Made by a program: the position numbers and the translations under genes. Below the pieces are notes generated by a model. The model saw only the letters and a list, made by a program, of their open reading frames with translations, had not been told where the DNA came from and did no database searches. Of a DNA stretch of 64,000 nt, positions 1 through 10,300 are shown piece after piece (position 1 is the stretch's first letter; each line of letters opens with the position of its first letter). Source of the stretch: the human T2T-CHM13v2.0 reference genome, Homo sapiens; assembly GCF_009914755.1 (NCBI RefSeq), contig NC_060936.1. One strand, given 5' to 3'.

Positions 1-1127
1 GAGGGCGTGGGGGGGTCCAAGGACCAAGACCCCTGCTCTGCCTCGCCAGTTAATTTTCCTTCCACCGGTGCCTCGACCTCCCATTTCAAGCCTCCCTGCC
101 TCTTTAGGCGGCACCTTGCGGGGTCCAGCCTCTACGGGGGCGAAAATCCGGGACCCCAGGTTTCGCTGGACCCCACGTATGCGCTACAGAGGGGGCGTGG
201 GTGGGGCCAGTCGCCAAGACCCCTGCTCTGCCTCGCCGATTTTTTTCCTTCCACCTGTGCCTGGACCTCCCTTTTGAAGCCTCCCTGACGCTTTGGGCGG
301 ACCCCGCGGTCTCCAGCCTGTCCGGGGGTGCGAATGCGGGACCCCTGTGTCCCAGGGACCCCGCGCATGCGTGGAAGCGATGGCGTGGTGGCCATGGGCG
401 AAGACCTCTGCTCTACCGTGGCCGTTTTTTTTTCCTTCTTATCAGTGCCTCACCCTCCACTTTCAAGCCTCCCTGCCTCTTTGGGCAGTCCCCTGCTGGG
501 TCCAGCCGCTCCGAGGTCGTGAACCCTGGACCCCAGGGTCTCAGAGACCTTGCGCATGCGCGGCAGATTGGGCGTGGGGTGGGGTCAGGGGCCAATATCC
601 CTGCCCTGCATCTCTTTTTTTTTTCCTTCCACTGGTGCCTCGATCTCCACTTTCAAGCCTCCTTGTCACTTTGGGCGGCAAACCCGGGGCCCAGCCTCTC
701 CGGGAGCACGAACCCAGGACCCCAGGGTCTCCGAAACCCCACGCATGTGTGGTAGGGTGGGTGTTGGGAGGTGCCAGGGGCCAAGACCCCTGCTCTGTCT
801 TGCCGGTTTTTTTTTCCTTCCACTGATGCCTCGACCTCCCCTTTCAAGCCTCCCTGCCTCTTTGGGCTGCCCCCTGGGGGGTCCAGCCCCTCCTTGGGCG
901 AGAACCCGAGAATTAACGGCCTCCGGGACCCCGCGCATACGTGGCAGGGGGCGCGTGGGGGGACCAGGGTCCAAGATCCCTCCTCTGCCTTGCCAGTTTT
1001 TTTCCTTCCACCGCTGTCTTGACTTTTCTTTGCCTGGACCTTTCATTTCAAGCCTCTTACCTGCTTTGGGCGGCGTGCTGCAGAGACCAACCACTCCAGG
1101 GGTGCAGACCCGGAATCCCGCGCATGG

Positions 1128-1141
1128 GCAGCAGGGGGCGC
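1128..1141 (+). promoter_or_regulatory. CTCF-core-like motif in subtype A monomer
   Basis: GCAGCAGGGGGCGC matches CCASYAGRKGGCRS at 13 of 14 positions. Related copies lie at ~941-954 and ~1491-1505. This is a motif match only. Confidence 0.35.
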
Positions 1142-4100
1142 GTGGGATTGGCCAGGGGCCACGACCCCTGCTCTGCCGCTCTGGTTTTTTTTTCCTTCCA
1201 CTGGGGCTTTGACCTCCCCTTTCAAGCCTCCCTGCTTCTTTTCGCGGCTCCCCGCAATGTCCAACCACTCCGGGGGCGCGAACCCAGCACCCAAGAATCC
1301 TGGGGACCTCACGCATGCGCGGCAGGGGCGGCGTGTGGGGGGTCATGGGCCAAGACTCCTGCTCTACAGCGGCGAATTTTTTCCTTCCCCCAGGGCCTCG
1401 ACCTCCCCTTTCAAGACCCCCTGGTTCTTTGGGCGTCGTCCCGCGGGGTCGAGCCGCTCTGGGAGCGCGAACCCTGGACCCCAGGCATGCGCAGCAAGGG
1501 GGCGCGTGAAGGGGGCCAGGGCCAAGACCCTGCTTTGCCTTGCCGGTTTTTTTTCCTTCCACCAGTGCCTCGACCTCCCCTTTCAAGTCTCCCTGCCTCT
1601 TTGGGAGGCCCCCCGCGAGGTCCACCCGCTCCAGGGGCCCAAACCCAGGATCACAGGGTCCCCGGGACACCGTGCATGCGTGGCAGTGGTGGCGTGCGTG
1701 GGTGGGGGTCCATGGGCCAAGACCCTTGCTCAACCGTGGCGTTTTTTATCCTTTCTCCAGTGCCTCGACCTCCCTTTTCAAGCATCCCTGCCTCTTTGGG
1801 CAGTCCCCAGCAGTGTCCAGCTGATATGGGGCCTCGAACCCGGGACCTCAGCGTCCCCAGGAAACCGCGCATACCCAGCAGTGGAGGCGTGCGTTGGCCA
1901 GGGGTCAAGAACCCTGCTCTTCCGCGCTGTTTTTTTTTTTTCCTTCCACCGGTGCCTTGACCTCCCATTTCAAGCCTCCCTCCGCTTTGGGCGGCACCCC
2001 CCGGGGCCCAGCCGCTCTGGGGGCACTCATCCGGGAGCCCAGGATCCCCAGTACCCCAAGGATATGCGGCAGGGGGGACGTGGGGAGTCCAGGGGCCAAG
2101 ACCTCTGCTCTGCCTTGCCAGTTATTTTTCCTTCCATCGGTGCCTCGACCTCCCATTTCAAGCCTCCCTGCCTCTTTGGGCAGTCCCCCGAAGGGTCCAG
2201 CCGCTCCGGGGGCGCGAATCTGGGATCCCAGGGTTCACAGGACAAAGCTTATGCATGGCAGAGGGGGCGTGGGTGGAGCCAGGAGCCAAGACCCCTGCTC
2301 TGCCCCGCCGGTTTTTTTCTTCCACCGGTGCCTCGACCTCCACTTTCAAACCTCCCTGCCCCTTTGGGCGGCCCCCCAAGGGGTCCAGCCGCTCCGGGGG
2401 TGCAAACCGGGGACCCCTAGGTCCCCGGGACCCCGCGCATGCACGGCAGTGGAGGTGTGGGGTTGGCCAGGCGTCAAGAACCCTGTTCCGCCGCGCCAGT
2501 ATTTTTTTCTCCACCGGTGCCTCGACCTCCCCTTTCAAGCCTCCCTGCTTTTTGGCGGCGGCCCGCGGGGTAGAGCTGCTCCAGGCGCGCGAAACCGGGA
2601 CCCCAGGGTCCCCGCTACCCCGTGCATGCGCAGCAGGGGTGGGGTGGGCGGGGCCATGGGCTAAGAACCCTGCTCTACTGTGGCGGTTGTTTTTCCTTGC
2701 ACTGGTGCCTCTACCTCCACTTTCAAGCCTCCCTGCCTCTTTGGGCGGCCCCCAGCGGGGTCCAGCTGCTTTGCACGTGCAAACCCGGGACCCCAGGGTA
2801 CCTGGGACACCGCGCATGTGCGGCAGGGGGTGCGTGGGGTTTGCCAGGGGCCAAGGGCCCTGGTCTGCTGTGCCGTTTTTTTTCCTTCCACCGGTGCCTC
2901 GACCTCCATTTTCAAGCATCCCTGTCCCTTTGGGCGGCGACCCACGGGGCCCAGCCGCTCCGGTGGTGCGAACCAGGGATAACATGGTCCCCGGCACCCC
3001 AGGCATACGTGGCAGGGTGGGTGTGGAGGGGACAAGGGGCCAAGACCCCTGCTCTGCCTCGCCGTTTTTTTTTTTTTTTCCTTCCACCAGTGATTCAACT
3101 TCCCTTTTCAAGCCTCCCTGCCTCTTTGGGCGGCCCCCTGCATGGTCCAACCGCTCTGGGGCGCAAATCCAGTACCCCAGTGTCCCCAGGACCCTGCGCA
3201 TGTGCAGCAGGGGGAGGGTACGGGCGCCAGGGGCCAAGACCATTGCTCTGCCTCGCTGGGTTTTTTTCCTTCCACCGGTGCCTCGACCTCCCGTTTCAAG
3301 CCTCCCTGCCTATTTGGCCTAACCCACGCGGGGTCCAGCCTCTCCGGGGGTGTGAACCCCGGACCTCAGGGTCCTCAGGACCCAGTGCATGCGCAGCAGG
3401 TGGGACTTGGGGTTGGCCGGGGGCCAAGAGCCCCACTTTGCGGTACCGGTTTTTTCCTTCCACCAGTGTTTCGGCCTCCCCGTTCAAGCCTCCCTGCGGC
3501 TGTGGGCGGCTACCCCAGGGGACCAGCTGCTCCCAGGGCGCGAGCCTAGGACCCTGCTTATGCACGGCAGGGGTGGTGTGGGGGTGACCAGGGTCCAAGA
3601 CCCCTGCTCTATCGCGCCGATTTTTTTTCCTTCCACAGGTGCCTCTACCTCTCTTTCAAGCCTTCCTGCCACTTTGGGCGGCACCCCGCGGGCCTTGTCG
3701 CTCCAGGGACTCGATCCCGGTACCCTAGGGTCCCCGGGACCCCCTGCATGCGCAGAAGGGGCGGTGTGGTGGGAGCCAGGGGCCAAGACTCCCGCTCTGC
3801 CTCGCCAGTTTTTTTTCCTTCCACCGGTGCCTCAATCACCCCTTTCAAGACACCCTGCCTATTCGGGCGGCTCCTGAGGGGTCCAGCCACTCCGGGGGCA
3901 AGAGCCCTCCACCACAGGGTCCCTGGAACCCAAAGCATGCAAGGCAGGGGCGGCGTAGGGAGGCCCGGGGACCAAGACCCCTCCTCTACCGCGGCAGGTT
4001 TTTTTCTACCACCTGTGCCTTGACCTCCCCTTTCAGGCCTCCCTGACGCTTTGGGCGGCCGCAGACGGGGCGCGCACTCGAGACCCCAGGTTCCCCGGGA

Positions 4101-5461
4101 CACCGCGCATGTGCGGCAGAGTGAGGGTGGGGTTGGCCAGGGGCCAAGATATCTGCTCTGCCATGCCGGTTTTTTTTATCATTCCAGGAGTGCCTCGACC
4201 TCCCCTTTCAAGCCTCCCTGCCGCTTTGAGCGGCACCCTGCGGGGCCCAGCGGCTCCGGGGGCCATAACGGGTGCCTGCGCATGCGCGGCAGGTGGGTCA
4301 CGGTGCGGGGCAGAAGCCAAGAACCCTGCTCTACCTCGCCAGTTTTGTTTCCTTCCACGGGTGCCTCAACTTCCCCTTTCAATCCTCCCTGCCTCTTTGG
4401 CTACCCCACCCAGGGTCCAGCCCCTCTGGGATCGTGAACCCGGTACTCCAAGGTCCCTGGGACCCGCGCATGTGCGGCAGGGGGAGCGAGGGGTTGGCCA
4501 GGGGCCAAGAAACCTGCTCTGCCGCGCTGTTTTTCTTTCCTTCCACAGGTGCCTTGACCTCCACTTTCACGACTCCCTGCTGCTTTGGACGGAACTCCGC
4601 GGAGCACAGCCGCTCCAGGGGCGCAAGCCTGGGACCCCAGGTTCCCTGGGACTCCACGCATGTGTGGCAGGAGGGGCGTTGGGGGGCGGCAGGGGCCAAG
4701 ACCCCTGCTCTGCTTTGCCTTTTTTTCCTTCCACCGGTGCCTCAACCTCCCCTCTCAAGACTCCCTGCGTCTTCGCCGCCCCTCGCGAGGTCCAGCCACT
4801 CTGGTGGTGCGAACCTGGGACCCCAGGGTCCCTGAGACCCCAAGCTTGGGTGTCAGGGGGAGCGTGGGGAGGGCAAGGGGCCAAGACCCCTGCTCTGCCC
4901 CACCAGTTTTTTTTCTTCCACCGGTGCCTCGAAATCCCATTTCAATCCCCGCGCATGCACAGCAGGGGTGGCTTGGTGCCGAGGAAGGGGCCAAGAACCC
5001 TGCTCTACTGTGGCGGTTTTTTCTCCTTCCACTGGTGCCACGACCTCCAGTTTCAAGCCTCCCTGCCACTCTGTGCGGCATCCCGCAGTGCCCAGCCACT
5101 GCAGGGGCACGAACCTGGGACCCCAGGGTACCCGGGACCCCGCACCTGCAAGGCAGGGTGTCGTGGTGGTCCAGGAGCCAAGACCCCTGCTCTGTCTCAC
5201 TGGTATTTTTTCCTTCCACCGGTGCCTCGACCTCCACTTTCAAGCCTCCCTGCCTCTTTGGGCGGCCCCTCCACGGGGTCCAGACGCTCCGGGGTCGTGA
5301 ACCCGGTACCCCAGGGTCCCCGGGAACCAGCACATGTGGGACAGGAAAGCGTGGGGCGGGCCAGGGGCCAAGACCCCTGCTCTGCCTTGCCAGTTTTTTT
5401 CCTTCCATTGGTGCCTTGACCTCCCCTTTCAAGCCCTGCGCATGCGTGGAAGGGATGGCGT

Positions 5462-5483
5462 GGGGTGGGGGAGGGGGCAGGGG
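5462..5483 (+). other. Potential G-quadruplex in subtype A monomer
   Basis: GGGGTGGGGGAGGGGGCAGGGG has four G runs of 4 or more with 1-2 nt loops. A similar motif, GGGGTGGGGTGGGCGGGG, lies at 2636-2653. Confidence 0.7.
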
Positions 5484-5935
5484 CCAAGACCCCTGCTCTG
5501 CCTCTCCAGGTATTTTCATTCCACCGGTGCCTCGACATCCTTTTTCAAGACTACCAGCCTCTTTGCCCCCCGTGGGGCCCAGTCACTCCGGGGGCACAAA
5601 CCTGGGACCCCAGGGTTCCCAGGACTGGACGCATGCACGGCAGGGTGGGTGTGGAGTTGGCCACGGGCAAGACCCCAGCTCTGCAACACTGGTATTTTTT
5701 CCTTCCATTGGTGCATCGACCTCCCCTTTCACGTTTCCCTGCCCCTTTGCGTGGCGCCCCCACGGGGCCCAGGCACTCTGGGGGCGTGAAATCGGGAGCC
5801 CAGGTTCCCTGGGACCCCGCACATGCGCGGCAGCGGGTGCGTGGTTGGGGCCAGGGGGAAAGACCCTTGCTCTACAGCGGCGGTTTTTTTTCCCTCCACA
5901 GGTGCCTCGACCTGCCCTTTCAAGCCTCGCTGCTG

Positions 5936-8900
5936 TTTTACGCTGGCCCTTTGGGCCCGAGGCGCTCGGTGGGTGCAAACCTGGGAGGCCAAGTGTCCCC
6001 CGGGTCCTGTGCATGCAAGGCACTTTCGCCCTTGGTAGGGGACCTTTGCTGCGCCTTTTCTGTTTTCCTGCCACACCACAGGCGCCTCGACCTCCCCTTT
6101 CAAGCCTCCCTGTTGCCTTGGGCTGGCTCCCGTGGGCCCGAGGTGCTCCATGGCCGCGAACCTGGGAGGCACAGGGTACCCTGGACCCCACGCATTCGCA
6201 GTGGGGAAGCACTTATGCGCATTTGGTGGAGGTACATCTGCCGCGCCGATTCTTTTTTCCTGCCACACCACAGGCGTCTCGACCTCCCTTTTCAAGCCTC
6301 CCTGCCACCTTGGGCTGGACCCCGTGCGCTCGAGGCGCTCTGAATGCGTGAGCATGGGAAGCCCAGGGTCCCCTGGGCCCCACGCATGCACGGTGGGGAA
6401 GCACCTTCTTTTGTGGCGGGGTGGGGGTGGCCTCTGCCGCACTGTTTCTGTTTACCTGCCACACCACAGGCGCCTCGACCTCCCCTTTCAATCCTCCCTG
6501 CCGCTTTGGGCTAGCCCCGCTGAGCCCGAGGCGCTCTGTGGGCGTGAACCTGGGAGTCCCAGGGTCCCCTGCGCTCCATGCATGAGAGGTGGGGAGGCAC
6601 TTTCGCCCGTGGGGAGGGGACCTTTCTCCTGTGGGGGGTGACCTCTGCCGCGCAGTTTCTGTTTACCTGCCACACCACAGGCGCCTCTACCTCCCCTTTC
6701 AAGACTCCCTGCCGCTTTGGACTGGCCCCCTTTGGCCCGAGGCAACCTGTGGGCATGAACCTGGGGCTCCCAGGGTCCCCTGGGCCCCATTCGTGAGTGG
6801 TAGGGAGGCACTTTCGCCCGTGGGGTGGACTTCTGCAGTGCCGCTTCTGTTTTCCTGTCACACCACAGGCATTTCGATCTTCCCTTTCAAGGCTCCCTGC
6901 CTCCGTAGACTGGCCCAAGTGGGCCCGAGGCGCTCCGTGGGCATGAACCTTGGGGGCGCAGGGTCCCCTGGGCTTCACGCATGCACGATGGGGAAGCACT
7001 TTTGCCCGTGAGGTGGGACCTCTGCCGCGCCATTTCTGTTTTCCTGCTAAAACACAGGTGCTTCGACCTCCCCTTTCAAGCCTCCCTGCTGCATTGGGCT
7101 GGGCCCCGTGGGCCCGAGGTGCTCCATGGTTGCGAATTTTTGAGGCCCACAGTCCGCTGGGCCCCACGTATGCGCGGTGGGGAGGCACTTTCACCTGTGG
7201 AAGGGGGACCTCTGCGGAGCCGTTTCTGTTTTCCTGCCACACCACAGGTGCCTCGACATCCCCTTTGAAGCCTCCCTGCCGCCTTGGGCCCAAGGTACTT
7301 TGTGACAGTGAACCTGGGAGGCCCAGGGTGCCCTGGGCACTGCGCATGCACGCTGTGGAGTCTCTTTCGCCTGGTGGGGGACCTCTGCCACGCCATTTCT
7401 GTTTACCTGCCACAACACAGGCGCCTCTACCTCCCATTTCAAGCCTCCCTGCCGCTTTGGGCTGGCCCCCCTGGGCCCGAGGCGCTCCGTGGGCCCCATG
7501 CGTGAGCGGTGGGGGGCACTTTCGCCCGTGGGATGGACCTCTGCAGCGCCACTTGTTTTCCTGCTACACCACAGGCACTTCAAGCTGCCCTTTCAAGGCT
7601 CCCTGCCCCCTTGGGCTGGCCCCTGTGGGCCCGAGGCGCCCCGTGGGTATGAACCTGGGAGGCGTAGGGTCCCCCGGGCTTCACACATGCTCGGTGGGGT
7701 AGCACTTTCACCCGTGGAAGGGATCTCTGCTGGGTCGTTTCTGTTTTCCAGCCACACAATTGGCGCCTCGACCTCCCCTTTCAAGCGTCCCTGCCGCCTT
7801 GGTCTGGACCCCGTGGGCCCAATTCGCTCCGTGGGCACAAATGTGGGAGGCCCAGTGTCCCCTGGCCCCAGCATGTGTGGCAGGGAGGCACTTTCGCCCA
7901 TGGGGGGGACCTCTGCCACACCTTTTCTGTTTTTCTGCCACACCACAAGCGACTCGACCTACCCTTTCAAGCCTCCCTGCAGCTTTGGGCTGGCCCCCAT
8001 GGGCCCAAGGTGCTCCGTGGGCGGGAACCTGAGAGGCCCAGGGTCCCCTGGGTCACACGCATGCGCGGTGGGGAGGCACCTTCGCCCGTGGAGGGGACCT
8101 CTGCCGCAACGTTTGTGTTTCCTTGCCACTCCACAGGTGCATCGACCTCCCTTTTCAAGCCTCCCTGCCGACTTTGGCTGGCCCCTGTGAGCCCGAGGCG
8201 CTCCGTGGGCGCGAACCTGGGAGGCCCAGTGTACCCTGGACCCCGCGCATATGCAGTGGGGAGGCACTTTCACGCGTTAAGTGGGGGGACCTCTGCTGCG
8301 CCGTTTCTGTTTTCCTGCCACACCACAGGTGCCTCAATCTCCCATTTCAAGCCTTCATGCAGTTCTGTGCTGGCTCCCGCCAGGGTCCCTTGGGCCCCAC
8401 GAATGCGTGGTGGGTGGCATTTTCGCCCGTGGGGATGGGCCTTTGCCGCGGCTTTTCTGTTTTCCTGCCTCACCACAGGAGCTTTGACATCCCCTTTCAA
8501 GCTTCCCTGCCGCCATGGGCTGGCCCCCGTGGGCCTGAGGCACTCTAAGTGTGAACCTGGGAGTCCCAGGGCCCCTGGGCCCCGCGCATGCACAGGAGGG
8601 AGGCACTCTCTCCCATTGGGAGGGACCTCTGCCATGCCGTTTCTGTTTCCCCGCGGCACCGCAGGCGCCTCGACCTACACTTTCAATCCTCCTCCTGCCT
8701 TGGGCTGGCCCCGTGGGCCCGAGGCGCTCCATGGGCGCGAATCTGGGAGGTCCAGGGTCCCCTAGTCCCCGTGCATGCGCGTTGGGGAGGCACTTTCGCC
8801 CGTGGGGTGGGACTTCTGCCGCGCTGTTTCTGTTTTCCTGCCAAAATACAGGAGACTCGACCTCCCTTTTCAAGCGTCCCTGCCGTGTTGGGCTGGACCC

Positions 8901-10300
8901 TGTGGACCCAACTCACTCCCTGGGCACGAACCTGGGAGGCTCAGGGTCGCCTGCCCCAGCATAAGTGATGGAGGGGCACTTTCGCCTGTGCGAGAGACCT
9001 CTGCCATGCGGTTTCTGTTTTCCTGCCACACCACAGGCAACTCGACCTACCCTTTCAAGCCTCCCTGCCGCCTTGGGCTGGCATCCGTGGGCCCGAGACT
9101 CTCTGTGGGCACGAATCTGGGAGGACCAGCGTCCCCTGGGCCCCATTCATGCGTGGTGGGTATGCACTTTCGCCCGTGGGCGTGTAGCTCTTCTGCGCCA
9201 TTTCTGTTTTCCTGCAACAACACAGGCGACTCGACCTCCCCTTTCAAGCCTTCCTGCCCTTTTGCAATGGCCAAAGTGGGCCCGAGGCGCTCCGTGGGCA
9301 TGAACCTGGAAAGCCCAGGGTCCCCTGGGACCCATGCATGCACGGTGGGGTGGCAACTTCACCAGTGTGGGGGGACCTCTGCTGCGCCATTTCTGTTTCC
9401 TGCCACACCACATGTGCCTCGACCTCCCCTTTCAAGCCTCCCTGCTGCCTTGGGCTGGCCACCGTCGGTCCGAGGCGCTCCGTGGGCACGTCCTGTGAGG
9501 CCGAGGGTCCCCTGGGCTCTGTGCATGAGCGGTAGGGAAGTACTTTCACCCGTGGGGAGGGGACCTTTACTGCGCCTTTTCTGTTTTCCTGCCACACCAA
9601 AGGCACCTCGACCTCCCCTTTCAAGCCTCCCTGCCGCCTTGGGCTGGCCACTGTCGGGCCGAGGCGCTCCTTGGCTGTGAACCTGGGAGGTGCAGGGTCC
9701 CCTTGGGCCCTGCACTTGTGCGGAGGGGAGACACTTTCGCCCGTGGATGGGGACCTCTGCCGTGCCGTTTCTGTTTTCCTGCCACACAGCAGGAGCCTTG
9801 ACATCCCCTTTGAAGCATCCCTGCCACCTTGGGCTGGCCCCCATGGGCCCGAGGTGCTTCGTGGTGGTGAACCTGGGAGGCCCATGGTCTCCTGGATCCT
9901 GCGCATGCTCGCTGGGGAGTCACGTTATCCTGTGGTGGGGGACCTCTGCCATGCCATTTGTGTTTACGTGTCACACCACAAGCACCTTGACCTTCCCTTT
10001 CGAGCCTCCCTGCCGCCTTGGGCTGGCCCCCGTGGGCCCGAGGTGTTCACCAGGCTGAACCTGGAAGGCCCAGGGTCCCATAGGATCCGCGCATGTGAGC
10101 TGATGAGTCACTTTCGCCTGTTGGGGGTGGGGGGTACCTCTGCTGCGCCGTTTCTGTTTACCTGTGACAACACAGAGGCCTCGACCTCCCTTTTCCAGCC
10201 TCCCTGCCGCTTTGTGCTGGGGTCTCTGGGCCCGAGGCGCTCCGTGGGCATGAACCTGGGAGACCCAGGGTCCCCTGGTCCCCCGCACATGCGCAGTGGG
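5936..10300 (+). repeat. Satellite subtype B block (~23 monomers)
   Basis: Diagnostic motifs: GGGGAGGCACTTTCGCCCGTGG (shared with C), TTTCTGTTTTCCTGCCACACCACAGG, AAGCCTCCCTG (shared with A) and AACCTGGGAGGCCCAGGG. The last AACCTGGGAG-type unit in this run is at ~10253. Confidence 0.85.

Larger units (their letters stand above)
1..5935 (+). repeat. Satellite subtype A block (~32 monomers of ~188-191 bp)
   Basis: Diagnostic motifs: GGGGCCAAGACCCCTGCTCTGCC, an uninterrupted poly-T tract, CCTTCCACCGGTGCC, AAGCCTCCCTGCCTCTTTGGGCGG and GGGACCCCAGGGTCCC. They disappear after ~5935. The strand label is arbitrary (relative to the consensus given above). Confidence 0.9.

Noticed and set aside
1-5935. 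Tandem small-RNA (Pol III) gene cluster suggested by a GC-rich unit ending in a T run
   Set aside because: I recognised no tRNA, 5S or snRNA sequence and no convincing A/B boxes. The T tract is interrupted in the related B/C subtypes, and the units look neutrally decayed.
91-10210. CCTCCCT heptamer (recombination-hotspot/PRDM9-associated) in most A and B monomers
   Set aside because: The context is CCTCCCTGCC(T/A/G)C, one base short of CCNCCNTNNCCNC spacing. The heptamer alone is weak evidence, and pericentromeres are crossover-suppressed.
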